A stretch of DNA of 64,000 nt from Nemertoderma westbladi (GCA_032718475.1 JAUCBJ010003082.1:1-64000), one strand, 5' to 3'. Positions 1 to 17,137 are shown, counted from the first letter of the stretch. Notes: generated by a model not told the origin, from the sequence alone. Numbers and translations: made by a program.

Positions 1-3000
1 CACTATTCTGATTATATTAATATAAACAATATTGCTGTTTTACCACTATTCTGATTATATTAATATAAACAATATTGCTGTTTTGCCACTATTCTGATTA
101 TATTAATATAAACAATATTGCTGTTTTACCACTATTCTGATTATATTAATATAAACAATATTGCTGTTTTACCACTATTCTGATTATTTTATTAATATAA
201 ACAATATTGCTGTTTTACTACTATTCTGATTATATTAATATAAACAATATTGCTGTTTTACCACTATTCTGATTATATTAATATAAACAATATTGCTGTT
301 TTGCCACTATTCTGATTATATTAATATAAACAATATTGCTGTTTTACCACTATTCTGATTATATTAATATAAACAATATTGCTGTTTTACCACTATTCTG
401 ATTATTTTATTAATATAAACAATATTGCTGTTTTACTACTATTCTGATTATATTAATATAAACAATATTGCTGTTTTGCCACTATTCTGATTATATTAAT
501 ATAAACAATATTGCTGTTTTACCACTATTCTGATTATATTAATATAAACAATATTGCTGTTTTACCACTATTCTGATTATTTTATTAATATAAACAATAT
601 TGCTGTTTTACTACTATTCTGATTATATTAATATAAACAATATTGCTGTTTTACCACTATTCTGATTATATTAATATAAACAATATTGCTGTTTTGCCAC
701 TATTCTGATTATATTAATATAAACAATATTGCTGATTTACCACTATTCTGATTATTTTATTAATATAAACAATATTGCTGTTTTACTACTATTCTGATTA
801 TATTAATATAAACAATATTGCTGATTTACCACTATTCTGATTATATTAATATAAACAATATTGCTGTTTTACTACTATTCTGATTATATTAATATAAACA
901 ATATTACTGTTTTACTACTATTCTGATTATATTAATATAAACAATATTGCTGTTTTACTACTATTCTGATTTTATTAATATAAACAATATTACTGTTTTA
1001 CTACTATTCTGATTTTATTAATATAAACAATATTACTGTTTTACCACTATTCTGATTATATTAATATAAACAATATTGCTGTTTTACTACTATTCTGATT
1101 ATATTAATATAAACAATATTGCTGTTTTACTACTATTCTGATTATATTAATATAAACAATATTACTGTTTTACTACTATTCTGATTATATTAATATAAAC
1201 AATATTGCTGTTTTACTACTATTCTGATTTTATTAATATAAACAATATTACTGTTTTACTACTATTCTGATTATATTAATATAAACAATATTGCTGTTTT
1301 ACTACTATTCTGATTATATTAATATAAACAATATTGCTGTTTTACTACTATTCTGATTATATTAATATAAACAATATTACTGTTTTACTACTATTCTGAT
1401 TATATTAATATAAACAATATTGCTGTTTTACTACTATTCTGATTATATTAATATAAACAATATTACTGTTTTACTACTATTCTGATTATATTAATATAAA
1501 CAATATTGCTGTTTTACTACTATTCTGATTTTATTAATATAAACAATATTGCTGTTTTACTACTATTCTGATTATATTAATATAAACAATATTACTGTTT
1601 TACCACTATTCTGATTATATTAATATAAACAATATTGCTGTTTTACTACTATTCTGATTTTATTAATATAAACAATATTACTGTTTTGCCACTATTCTGA
1701 TTATATTAATATAAACAATATTGCTGTTTTACCACTATTCTGATTATATTAATATAAACAATATTGCTGTTTTACCACTATTCTGATTATTTTATTAATA
1801 TAAACAATATTGCTGTTTTACCACTATTCTGATTATATTAATATAAACAATATTACTGTTTTACTACTATTCTGATTATATTAATATAAACAATATTGCT
1901 GTTTTACCACTATTCTGATTATATTAATATAAACAATATTACTGTTTTACCACTATTCTGATTATATTAATATAAACAATATAGCTGTTTTACTACTATT
2001 CTGATTTTATTAATATAAACAATATTACTGTTTTGCCACTATTCTGATTATATTAATATAAACAATATTGCTGTTTTACCACTATTCTGATTATTTTATT
2101 AATATAAACAATATTGCTGTTTTACCACTATTCTGATTATATTAATGTAAACAATATTACTGTTTTACTACTATTCTGATTATTTTATTAATATAAACAA
2201 TATTGCTGTTTTACCACTATTCTGATTATATTAATATAAACAATATTACTGTTTTACTACTATTCTGATTATATTAATATAAACAATATTACTGTTTTGC
2301 CACTATTCTGATTATATTAATATAAACAATATTGCTGTTTTACCACTATTCTGATTATATTAATATAAACAATATTACTGTTTTACCACTATTCTGATTA
2401 TATTAATATAAACAATATTGCTGTTTTACCACTATTCTGATTATATTAATATAAACAATATTGCTGTTTTACCACTATTCTGATTATTTTATTAATATAA
2501 ACAATATTGCTGTTTTACCACTATTCTGATTATATTAATATAAACAATATTACTGTTTTACTACTATTCTGATTATATTAATATAAACAATATTGCTGTT
2601 TTACCACTATTCTGATTATATTAATATAAACAATATTACTGTTTTACCACTATTCTGATTATATTAATATAAACAATATTGCTGTTTTACTACTATTCTG
2701 ATTTTATTAATATAAACAATATTACTGTTTTGCCACTATTCTGATTATATTAATATAAACAATATTGCTGTTTTACCACTATTCTGATTATATTAATATA
2801 AACAATATTACTGTTTTACCACTATTCTGATTATATTAATATAAACAATATTGCTGTTTTGCCACTATTCTGATTATATTAATATAAACAATATTACTGT
2901 TTTACCACTATTCTGATTATATTAATATAAACAATATTGCTGTTTTACCACTATTCTGATTATATTAATATAAACAATATTGCTGTTTTACCACTATTCT

Positions 3001-6000
3001 GATTATATTAATATAAACAATATTACTGTTTTACCACTATTCTGATTATATTAATATAAACAATATTGCTGTTTTGCCACTATTCTGATTATATTAATAT
3101 AAACAATATTACTGTTTTACCACTATTCTGATTATATTAATATAAACAATATTGCTGTTTTACCACTATTCTGATTATATTAATATAAACAATATTGCTG
3201 TTTTACCACTATTCTGATTATATTAATATAAACAATATTGCTGTTTTACCACTATTCTGATTATATTAATATAAACAATATTGCTGTTTTACCACTATTC
3301 TGATTATATTAATATAAACAATATTGCTATTTTACCACTATTCTGATTATATTAATATAAACAATATTGCTGTTTTACCACTATTCTGATTATATTAATA
3401 TAAACAATATTACTGTTTTACCACTATTCTGATTATATTAATATAAACAATATTGCTGTTTTACCACTATTCTGATTATATTAATATAAACAATATTACT
3501 GTTTTACCACTATTCTGATTATATTAATATAAACAATATTGCTGTTTTACCACTATTCTGATTATATTAATATAAACAATATTGCTGTTTTACCACTATT
3601 CTGATTATTTTATTAATATAAACAATATTGCTGTTTTACTACTATTCTGATTATATTAATATAAACAATATTGCTGTTTTGCCACTATTCTGATTATATT
3701 AATATAAACAATATTGCTGTTTTACCACTATTCTGATTATATTAATATAAACAATATTGCTGTTTTGCCACTATTCTGATTATATTAATATAAACAATAT
3801 TGCTGTTTTACCACTATTCTGATTATTTTATTAATATAAACAATATTGCTGTTTTACTACTATTCTGATTTTATTAATATAAACAATATTGCTGTTTTGC
3901 CACTATTCTGATTATATTAATATAAACAATATTGCTGTTTTACCACTATTCTGATTATATTAATATAAACAATATTGCTGTTTTGCCACTATTCTGATTA
4001 TATTAATATAAACAATATTGCTGTTTTGCCACTATTCTGATTATATTAATATAAACAATATTGATGTTTTACCACTATTCTGATTATATTAATATAAACA
4101 ATATTGTTGTTCTACCACTATTCTGATTATATTAATATAAACAATATTACTGTTTTACCACTATTCTGATTCTGATTATATTAATATAAACAATATTGCT
4201 GTTTTGCCACTATTCTGATTATATTAATATAAACAATATTGCTGTTTTACCACTATTCTGATTATATTAATATAAACAATATTGCTGTTTTGCCACTATT
4301 CTGATTATATTAATATAAACAATATTGCTGTTTTACTACTATTCTGATTATATTAATATAAACAATATTACTGTTTTACCACTATTCTGATTATATTAAT
4401 ATAAACAATATTGCTGTTTTACCACTATTCTGATTATATTAATATAAACAATATTACTGTTTTACCACTATTCTGATTATATTAATATAAACAATATTGT
4501 TGTTCTACCACTATTCTGATTATATTAATATAAACAATATTACTGTTTTACCACTATTCTGATTATATTAATATAAACAATATTGTTGTTCTACCACTAT
4601 TCTGATTATATTAATATAAACAATATTACTGTTTTACCACTATTCTGATTCTGATTATATTAATATAAACAATATTGCTGTTTTGCCACTATTCTGATTA
4701 TATTAATATAAACAATATTGCTGTTTTACCACTATTCTGATTATATTAATATAAACAATATTACTGTTTTACCACTATTCTGATTATATTAATATAAACA
4801 ATATTGATGTTTTACCACTATTCTGATTATATTAATATAAACAATATTGTTGTTCTACCACTATTCTGATTATATTAATATAAACAATATTGCTGTTTTG
4901 CCACTATTCTGATTATATTAATATAAACAATATTGCTGTTTTACCACTATTCTGATTATATTAATATAAACAATATTACTGTTTTACCACTATTCTGATT
5001 ATATTAATATAAACAATATTACTGTTTTACCACTATTCTGATTCTGATTATATTAATATAAACAATATTGCTGTTTTGCCACTATTCTGATTATATTAAT
5101 ATAAACAATATTGCTGTTTTACCACTATTCTGATTATATTAATATAAACAATATTGCTGTTTTACCACTATTCTGATTATATTAATATAAACAATATTAC
5201 TGTTTTGCCACTATTCTGATTATATTAATATAAACAATATTGCTGTTTTACCACTATTCTGATTATATTAATATAAACAATATTACTGTTTTACCACTAT
5301 TCTGATTATATTAATATAAACAATATTGATGTTTTACCACTATTCTGATTATATTAATATAAACAATATTGTTGTTCTACCACTATTCTGATTATATTAA
5401 TATAAACAATATTGCTGTTTTGCCACTATTCTGATTATATTAATATAAACAATATTGCTGTTTTACCACTATTCTGATTATATTAATATAAACAATATTG
5501 CTGTTTTGCCACTATTCTGATTATATTAATATAAACAATATTGCTGTTTTACCACTATTCTGATTATATTAATATAAACAATATTACTGTTTTACCACTA
5601 TTCTGATTATATTAATATAAACAATATTGATGTTTTACCACTATTCTGATTATATTAATATAAACAATATTGTTGTTCTACCACTATTCTGATTATATTA
5701 ATATAAACAATATTACTGTTTTACCACTATTCTGATTCTGATTATATTAATATAAACAATATTGCTGTTTTGCCACTATTCTGATTATATTAATATAAAC
5801 AATATTGCTGTTTTACCACTATTCTGATTATATTAATATAAACAATATTACTGTTTTACCACTATTCTGATTATATTAATATAAACAATATTGATGTTTT
5901 ACCACTATTCTGATTATATTAATATAAACAATATTGTTGTTCTACCACTATTCTGATTATATTAATATAAACAATATTGCTGTTTTGCCACTATTCTGAT

Positions 6001-9000
6001 TATATTAATATAAACAATATTGCTGTTTTACCACTATTCTGATTATATTAATATAAACAATATTGCTGTTTTGCCACTATTCTGATTATATTAATATAAA
6101 CAATATTGCTGTTTTACCACTATTCTGATTATATTAATATAAACAATATTGATGTTTTACCACTATTCTGATTATATTAATATAAACAATATTGTTGTTC
6201 TACCACTATTCTGATTATATTAATATAAACAATATTACTGTTTTACCACTATTCTGATTCTGATTATATTAATATAAACAATATTGCTGTTTTGCCACTA
6301 TTCTGATTATATTAATATAAACAATATTGCTGTTTTACCACTATTCTGATTATATTAATATAAACAATATTACTGTTTTACCACTATTCTGATTATATTA
6401 ATATAAACAATATTGATGTTTTACCACTATTCTGATTATATTAATATAAACAATATTGTTGTTCTACCACTATTCTGATTATATTAATATAAACAATATT
6501 ACTGTTTTACCACTATTCTGATTCTGATTATATTAATATAAACAATATTGCTGTTTTGCCACTATTCTGATTATATTAATATAAACAATATTGCTGTTTT
6601 ACCACTATTCTGATTATATTAATATAAACAATATTGCTGTTTTGCCACTATTCTGATTATATTAATATAAACAATATTGCTGTTTTACCACTATTCTGAT
6701 TATTTTATTAATATAAACAATATTGCTGTTTTACTACTATTCTGATTTTATTAATATAAACAATATTGCTGTTTTGCCACTATTCTGATTATATTAATAT
6801 AAACAATATTGCTGTTTTGCCACTATTCTGATTATATTAATATAAACAATATTGCTGTTTTACCACTATTCTGATTATATTAATATAAACAATATTACTG
6901 TTTTACCACTATTCTGATTATATTAATATAAACAATATTGCTGTTTTACCACTATTCTGATTATTTTATTAATATAAACAATATTGCTGTTTTACTACTA
7001 TTCTGATTTTATTAATATAAACAAATATTGCTGTTTTGCCACTATTCTGATTATATTAATATAAACAATATTGCTGTTTTACCACTATTCTGATTATATT
7101 AATATAAACAATATTGCTGTTTTGCCACTATTCTGATTATATTAATATAAACAATATTGCTGTTTTACCACTATTCTGATTATTTTATTAATATAAACAA
7201 TATTGCTGTTTTACTACTATTCTGATTTTATTAATATAAACAATATTGCTGTTTTGCCACTATTCTGATTATATTAATATAAACAATATTGCTGTTTTAC
7301 CACTATTCTGATTATATTAATATAAACAATATTGCTGTTTTACCACTATTCTGATTATATTAATATAAACAATATTACTGTTTTACCACTATTCTGATTA
7401 TATTAATATAAACAATATTACTGTTTTACCACTATTCTGATTATATTAATATAAACAATATTACTGTTTTACCACTATTCTGATTATATTAATATAAACA
7501 ATATTGATGTTTTACCACTATTCTGATTATATTAATATAAACAATATTGTTGTTCTACCACTATTCTGATTATATTAATATAAACAATATTGCTGTTTTG
7601 CCACTATTCTGATTATATTAATATAAACAATATTGCTGTTTTACTACTATTCTGATTATATTAATATAAACAATATTGCTGTTTTACCACTATTCTGATT
7701 ATATTAATATAAACAATATTGTTGTTCTACCACTATTCTGATTATATTAATATAAACAATATTGCTGTTTTGCCACTATTCTGATTATATTAATATAAAC
7801 AATATTGCTGTTTTACTACTATTCTGATTATATTAATATAAACAATATTGCTGTTTTACCACTATTCTGATTATATTAATATAAACAATATTACTGTTAT
7901 ACCACTATTCTGATTATATTAATATAAACAATATTGCTGTTTTACTACTATTCTGATTATATTAATATAAACAATATTGCTGTTTTACCACTATTCTGAT
8001 TATATTAATATAAACAATATTACTGTTTTACCACTATTCTGATTATATTAATATAAACAATATTACTGTTTTACCACTATTCTGATTCTGATTATATTAA
8101 TATAAACAATATTGCTGTTTTGCCACTATTCTGATTATATTAATATAAACAATATTGCTGTTTTACCACTATTCTGATTATATTAATATAAACAATATTA
8201 CTGTTTTACCACTATTCTGATTATATTAATATAAACAATATTGATGTTTTACCACTATTCTGATTATATTAATATAAACAATATTGTTGTTCTACCACTA
8301 TTCTGATTATATTAATATAAACAATATTGCTGTTTTGCCACTATTCTGATTATATTAATATAAACAATATTGCTGTTTTACCACTATTCTGATTATATTA
8401 ATATAAACAATATTGCTGTTTTGCCACTATTCTGATTATATTAATATAAACAATATTGCTGTTTTACCACTATTCTGATTATATTAATATAAACAATATT
8501 ACTGTTTTACCACTATTCTGATTATATTAATATAAACAATATTGATGTTTTACCACTATTCTGATTATATTAATATAAACAATATTGTTGTTCTACCACT
8601 ATTCTGATTATATTAATATAAACAATATTACTGTTTTACCACTATTCTGATTCTGATTATATTAATATAAACAATATTGCTGTTTTGCCACTATTCTGAT
8701 TATATTAATATAAACAATATTGCTGTTTTGCCACTATTCTGATTATATTAATATAAACAATATTGCTGTTTTACCACTATTCTGATTATTTTATTAATAT
8801 AAACAATATTGCTGTTTTACTACTATTCTGATTTTATTAATATAAACAATATTGCTGTTTTGCCACTATTCTGATTATATTAATATAAACAATATTGCTG
8901 TTTTACCACTATTCTGATTATATTAATATAAACAATATTGCTGTTTTACCACTATTCTGATTCTGATTATATTAATATAAACAATATTGCTGTTTTACCA

Positions 9001-12000
9001 CTATTCTGATTATATTAATATAAACAATATTGCTGTTTTGCCACTATTCTGATTATATTAATATAAACAATATTGCTGTTTTACCACTATTCTGATTATT
9101 TTATTAATATAAACAATATTGCTGTTTTACTACTATTCTGATTTTATTAATATAAACAATATTGCTGTTTTGCCACTATTCTGATTATATTAATATAAAC
9201 AATATTGCTGTTTTACCACTATTCTGATTATATTAATATAAACAATATTGCTGTTTTACCACTATTCTGATTCTGATTATATTAATATAAACAATATTGC
9301 TGTTTTACCACTATTCTGATTATATTAATATAAACAATATTGCTGTTTTGCCACTATTCTGATTATATTAATATAAACAATATTGCTGTTTTACCACTAT
9401 TCTGATTATTTTATTAATATAAACAATATTGCTGTTTTACTACTATTCTGATTTTATTAATATAAACAATATTGCTGTTTTGCCACTATTCTGATTATAT
9501 TAATATAAACAATATTGCTGTTTTACCACTATTCTGATTATATTAATATAAACAATATTGCTGTTTTACCACTATTCTGATTCTGATTATATTAATATAA
9601 ACAATATTGCTGTTTTACCACTATTCTGATTATATTAATATAAACAATATTGCTGTTTTGCCACTATTCTGATTATATTAATATAAACAATATTGCTGTT
9701 TTACCACTATTCTGATTATTTTATTAATATAAACAATATTGCTGTTTTACTACTATTCTGATTTTATTAATATAAACAATATTGCTGTTTTGCCACTATT
9801 CTGATTATATTAATATAAACAATATTGCTGTTTTACCACTATTCTGATTATATTAATATAAACAATATTGCTGTTTTACCACTATTCTGATTATATTAAT
9901 ATAAACAATATTACTGTTTTACCACTATTCTGATTATATTAATATAAACAATATTGATGTTTTACCACTATTCTGATTATATTAATATAAACAATATTGT
10001 TGTTCTACCACTATTCTGATTATATTAATATAAACAATATTGCTGTTTTGCCACTATTCTGATTATATTAATATAAACAATATTGCTGTTTTACCACTAT
10101 TCTGATTATATTAATATAAACAATATTACTGTTTTACCACTATTCTGATTATATTAATATAAACAATATTACTGTTTTACCACTATTCTGATTCTGATTA
10201 TATTAATATAAACAATATTGCTGTTTTGCCACTATTCTGATTATATTAATATAAACAATATTGCTGTTTTACCACTATTCTGATTATATTAATATAAACA
10301 ATATTGCTGTTTTACCACTATTCTGATTATATTAATATAAACAATATTACTGTTTTGCCACTATTCTGATTATATTAATATAAACAATATTGCTGTTTTA
10401 CCACTATTCTGATTATATTAATATAAACAATATTACTGTTTTACCACTATTCTGATTATATTAATATAAACAATATTGATGTTTTACCACTATTCTGATT
10501 ATATTAATATAAACAATATTGTTGTTCTACCACTATTCTGATTATATTAATATAAACAATATTGCTGTTTTGCCACTATTCTGATTATATTAATATAAAC
10601 AATATTGCTGTTTTACCACTATTCTGATTATATTAATATAAACAATATTGCTGTTTTGCCACTATTCTGATTATATTAATATAAACAATATTGCTGTTTT
10701 ACCACTATTCTGATTATATTAATATAAACAATATTACTGTTTTACCACTATTCTGATTATATTAATATAAACAATATTGATGTTTTACCACTATTCTGAT
10801 TATATTAATATAAACAATATTGTTGTTCTACCACTATTCTGATTATATTAATATAAACAATATTACTGTTTTACCACTATTCTGATTCTGATTATATTAA
10901 TATAAACAATATTGCTGTTTTGCCACTATTCTGATTATATTAATATAAACAATATTGCTGTTTTACCACTATTCTGATTATATTAATATAAACAATATTA
11001 CTGTTTTACCACTATTCTGATTATATTAATATAAACAATATTGATGTTTTACCACTATTCTGATTATATTAATATAAACAATATTGTTGTTCTACCACTA
11101 TTCTGATTATATTAATATAAACAATATTGCTGTTTTGCCACTATTCTGATTATATTAATATAAACAATATTGCTGTTTTACCACTATTCTGATTATATTA
11201 ATATAAACAATATTGCTGTTTTGCCACTATTCTGATTATATTAATATAAACAATATTGCTGTTTTACCACTATTCTGATTATATTAATATAAACAATATT
11301 GATGTTTTACCACTATTCTGATTATATTAATATAAACAATATTGTTGTTCTACCACTATTCTGATTATATTAATATAAACAATATTACTGTTTTACCACT
11401 ATTCTGATTCTGATTATATTAATATAAACAATATTGCTGTTTTGCCACTATTCTGATTATATTAATATAAACAATATTGCTGTTTTACCACTATTCTGAT
11501 TATATTAATATAAACAATATTACTGTTTTACCACTATTCTGATTATATTAATATAAACAATATTGATGTTTTACCACTATTCTGATTATATTAATATAAA
11601 CAATATTGTTGTTCTACCACTATTCTGATTATATTAATATAAACAATATTACTGTTTTACCACTATTCTGATTCTGATTATATTAATATAAACAATATTG
11701 CTGTTTTGCCACTATTCTGATTATATTAATATAAACAATATTGCTGTTTTACCACTATTCTGATTATATTAATATAAACAATATTGCTGTTTTGCCACTA
11801 TTCTGATTATATTAATATAAACAATATTGCTGTTTTACCACTATTCTGATTATTTTATTAATATAAACAATATTGCTGTTTTACTACTATTCTGATTTTA
11901 TTAATATAAACAATATTGCTGTTTTGCCACTATTCTGATTATATTAATATAAACAATATTGCTGTTTTGCCACTATTCTGATTATATTAATATAAACAAT

Positions 12001-14599
12001 ATTGCTGTTTTACCACTATTCTGATTATATTAATATAAACAATATTACTGTTTTACCACTATTCTGATTATATTAATATAAACAATATTGCTGTTTTACC
12101 ACTATTCTGATTATTTTATTAATATAAACAATATTGCTGTTTTACTACTATTCTGATTTTATTAATATAAACAATATTGCTGTTTTGCCACTATTCTGAT
12201 TATATTAATATAAACAATATTGCTGTTTTACCACTATTCTGATTATATTAATATAAACAATATTACTGTTATACCACTATTCTGATTATATTAATATAAA
12301 CAATATTGCTGTTTTACTACTATTCTGATTATATTAATATAAACAATATTGCTGTTTTACCACTATTCTGATTATATTAATATAAACAATATTACTGTTT
12401 TACCACTATTCTGATTATATTAATATAAACAATATTACTGTTTTACCACTATTCTGATTCTGATTATATTAATATAAACAATATTGCTGTTTTGCCACTA
12501 TTCTGATTATATTAATATAAACAATATTGCTGTTTTACCACTATTCTGATTATATTAATATAAACAATATTACTGTTTTACCACTATTCTGATTATATTA
12601 ATATAAACAATATTGATGTTTTACCACTATTCTGATTATATTAATATAAACAATATTGTTGTTCTACCACTATTCTGATTATATTAATATAAACAATATT
12701 GCTGTTTTGCCACTATTCTGATTATATTAATATAAACAATATTGCTGTTTTACCACTATTCTGATTATATTAATATAAACAATATTGCTGTTTTGCCACT
12801 ATTCTGATTATATTAATATAAACAATATTGCTGTTTTACCACTATTCTGATTATATTAATATAAACAATATTACTGTTTTACCACTATTCTGATTATATT
12901 AATATAAACAATATTGATGTTTTACCACTATTCTGATTATATTAATATAAACAATATTGTTGTTCTACCACTATTCTGATTATATTAATATAAACAATAT
13001 TACTGTTTTACCACTATTCTGATTCTGATTATATTAATATAAACAATATTGCTGTTTTGCCACTATTCTGATTATATTAATATAAACAATATTGCTGTTT
13101 TGCCACTATTCTGATTATATTAATATAAACAATATTGCTGTTTTACCACTATTCTGATTATTTTATTAATATAAACAATATTGCTGTTTTACTACTATTC
13201 TGATTTTATTAATATAAACAATATTGCTGTTTTGCCACTATTCTGATTATATTAATATAAACAATATTGCTGTTTTACCACTATTCTGATTATATTAATA
13301 TAAACAATATTGCTGTTTTACCACTATTCTGATTCTGATTATATTAATATAAACAATATTGCTGTTTTACTACTATTCTGATTTTATTAATATAAACAAT
13401 ATTGCTGTTTTGCCACTATTCTGATTATATTAATATAAACAATATTGCTGTTTTACCACTATTCTGATTATATTAATATAAACAATATTGCTGTTTTACC
13501 ACTATTCTGATTCTGATTATATTAATATAAACAATATTGCTGTTTTACCACTATTCTGATTATATTAATATAAACAATATTGCTGTTTTGCCACTATTCT
13601 GATTATATTAATATAAACAATATTGCTGTTTTACCACTATTCTGATTATTTTATTAATATAAACAATATTGCTGTTTTACTACTATTCTGATTTTATTAA
13701 TATAAACAATATTGCTGTTTTGCCACTATTCTGATTATATTAATATAAACAATATTGCTGTTTTACCACTATTCTGATTATATTAATATAAACAATATTG
13801 CTGTTTTACCACTATTCTGATTATATTAATATAAACAATATTGCTGTTTTACCACTATTCTGATTCTGATTATATTAATATAAACAATATTGCTGTTTTA
13901 CTACTATTCTGATTTTATTAATATAAACAATATTGCTGTTTTGCCACTATTCTGATTATATTAATATAAACAATATTGCTGTTTTACCACTATTCTGATT
14001 ATATTAATATAAACAATATTGCTGTTTTACCACTATTCTGATTCTGATTATATTAATATAAACAATATTGCTGTTTTACCACTATTCTGATTATATTAAT
14101 ATAAACAATATTGCTGTTTTACCACTATTCTGATTTTATTAATATAAACAATATTACTGTTTTACCACTATTCTAATTATATTAATATAAACAATATTAC
14201 TGTTTTACCACTATTCTAATTATATTAATATAAACAATATTGCTGTTTTGCCACTATTCTGATTATATTAATATAAACAATATTGCTGTTTTGCCACTAT
14301 TCTGATTTTATTAATATAAACAATATTACTGTTTTACCACTATTCTAATTATATTAATATAAACAATATTGCTGTTTTATCACTATTCTGATTATATTAA
14401 TATAAACAATATTACTGTTTTACCACTATTCTGATTATATTAATATAAACAATATTACTGTTTTACCACTATTCTGATTATATTAATATAAACAATATTG
14501 CTGTTTTATCACTATTCTGATTATATTAATATAAACAATATTGCTGTTTTACCACTATTCTGATTATATTAATATAAACAATATTGCTGTTTTACCACT
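1..14599. repeat. 43-bp AT-rich satellite (CACTATTCTGATTATATTAATATAAACAATATTGCTGTTTTAC)n, continues beyond the window start
   Basis: Continuous head-to-tail 43-bp monomers with recurring variants (GCT/ACT/GAT/GTT, +TCTGAT, +TTT/TTTT); the array ends at ...TTTACCACT near 14599. Confidence 0.99.
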
Positions 14600-15081
14600 G
14601 CTGCTTTGCTTATATTTGTTTACAATATATTATATGTTTACAATTTACCAGTATCTTGTTTACGATCCTACATCTGATCATCACAAGGTTACATTTACTT
14701 TCCAACTCGAATGGCCCTTTAAACCGTTACCACCGTTACCGTTACCGCTACCAGTAAAATGGAGATATGAAAAGAATATATAAATAATAAACGATGTTGT
14801 TACCAATTGAGGGAAAGGAGCAGGTTATAGAGGGTTTTTTTTTTCTAACCAAATCAATAAACGATGTTGTTAACAATATTGAATATAAAAATATTTTGGG
14901 ACGAATATAAATAATTTGGTGCGAAAAGTATGTAATCTGGGAAAGAAATATGTATTTAGACGTAGCATTAATGTATATTGCTTACAGAAAACATTAAATT
15001 TGGGGCGGAAAAAAATTATATTAGGTGCGAAAAATATGTAAAATGGGAAAGAAATAATTTGTAGTCTTTAGAAACCACCTA

Positions 15082-15600
15082 TAGTCAGTTCCGCCGTTTT
15101 TGCCCAAATGGGATTGTTGCATTTCTTTATGTTAACGAACTGAGATAAATCACCAAAACAAGAAATATTATTTTTGAAGGTCCATATTTCCTACAACAAA
15201 CACCTCATACCTCTAACGATGTTATAACCCAACAATGTTATATTGCTAGACAGGCTGATTTATCCCAAGTTTCAATCATAATTTCATTAAATATAGAGCG
15301 GTTGCTATTGCTAGGGAAAGGTCTCCTTGTTGCTATGGAAACGTGTACAGACTTATATTTTTAAACTAACCCAGTTATGTAATCGTAATTTTTGTTTATG
15401 GCGAGTTTCAATTTGTTAATAACAGAAACGACAAATTTTACCCGGTTGCTATGAAAAGTCACCCTGTTGCTAGGGAAGTAGTCAATTTTTTTTGGTACAG
15501 GCTCAGATTAATCTACACATTTTTTTTACATAGAGTATATAGTGATATTTACATGCTTTTGTCCGGCAATTGACGATTTTCACCTTAAGCGACCCCACTA
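15082..15600. mobile_element. Possible old non-autonomous DNA transposon (TAGT...ACTA ends, Academ-like) carrying GTTGCTAT/GTTGCTAG motifs
   Basis: Imperfect terminal inverted repeats (TAGTCAGTTCCGC vs reverse complement TAGTGGGGTCGC), TA on both flanks, four internal GTTGCTA motifs. Superfamily is a guess. Confidence 0.3.
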
Positions 15601-15662
15601 TAAACCAAACCTAGAATCGCAATAGTAACCATCGACGTTGTGGATACAACAACTGTATGTGG

Positions 15663-15871
15663 CATTGATTTCCTACAGTTAGGAATACTACCAACACTTT
15701 GTACATTGATTTCCTACAGTTAGGAATACTACCAACACTTTGTACATTGATTTCCTACAGTTAGGAATACTACCAACACTTTGTACATTGATTTCCTACA
15801 GTTAGGAATACTACCAACACTTTGTACATTGATTTCCTACAGTTAGGAATACTACCAACACTTTGTACATT
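15663..15871. repeat. 41-bp minisatellite, 5 identical copies
   Basis: CATTGATTTCCTACAGTTAGGAATACTACCAACACTTTGTA x5, with an internal hairpin TTCCTA-cagt-TAGGAA and no spacers. Confidence 0.97.
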
Positions 15872-17137
15872 AACTTCAATGTACTCAAACACAACCTCAA
15901 AAATATTTTACTGTATACTCCTCTATTACAATCCTACCGCGGCCGCTCGTATTTACAATAATGTAATTGTTTTTGATAATTATGATATTACGAAACGATC
16001 GCTGATGTAAAAGAGCCCTTAAAAACTTTGTTGTTAAAAAAGTTACTTTCTTCAAATTGTATATGACAGGTATTACTAGTCAGTGGTTATATTAAATTAT
16101 AAGCGATTGTATATGTCTGTCCATTACAGTGCAGTTGGCATAAGCCAATATTTAAATTTAATATTAATAAATTAAATATACTTTAAGTTACAATTCAGTT
16201 TCATTGTAAATAACCCGTCCATCTCTAAAGTGCAGTATATATACAACTCTATGGACGAAGAGATACGGTTATGAATGAATGCTGGAACGGATAAGCGTGT
16301 CATCACGTGTTGGTCTTGTATCGCTTTGAGTCCTGTTCCCCTTCGTCATCTCGAGATAATTCCAGAACCCGACATGGATTTACGGATGGATACGTTAAGT
16401 GATTTATACGGGGAGATTAAGTTAGTCTGCTTATTCGATGTAGATAAGTTTCTCGGAGCATTTAGCGAAAACCAAGGCGATTTAAAGTAGACCTGTGTAG
16501 CCCAATGGCTCGCTTGAGACAGGATGACTTAATATAAACTGTGAAATACTTTCGGTTTGACGTGAGGCCAGATAAGTTGGTGGCAGTAGGTAACGCAGGA
16601 CGAATTTTAATTTTGAATAGATTTCTGTCTGTTGGAAAAGTTAAATTCGTTAGATAAAGAGTTATTATTAATCATTGTGAATAAAAACAAGATATCCATA
16701 ATAATGTATTTATTTATAATAATTCAAATGATTTATTAAATATATTATTCAATAGAGTGTTGTAATACAAATTGCATAATTTTAGGTTTAATTTGTTGAT
16801 ACTACTGACGGACAATAGCAAACAATTATTATTAGCACAAAAAGGAAAAGCGCCACAACCAGATGTTCCAATATAGAAGCGATGGGTGTTGCTACATAAT
16901 AAATTATATCAAAGTTACCAAACGATAAATATTTAATCAAAATACCACCACATCTACAGTAACCTGAGGTACAAATCATATTAAATCATAAATTTAGGGA
17001 AAATCAGAATTTACCGCATCATTTATAAATAACTATTCTACAAACGTTTATCCATCACCAATACTAATAAACAATATTATGTTACGTAATAAACCCACGT
17101 AGATACACAAAGTCCAAAACTGGTGGATAAATCTCAT

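Noticed and set aside
15663-15871. CRISPR-like hairpin repeat
   Set aside because: Direct tandem copies with no unique spacers, no cas genes, and a eukaryotic context.
16200-16700. Short ORFs in a moderately GC-balanced patch
   Set aside because: All frames are interrupted within ~70 codons and no motif was recognised.
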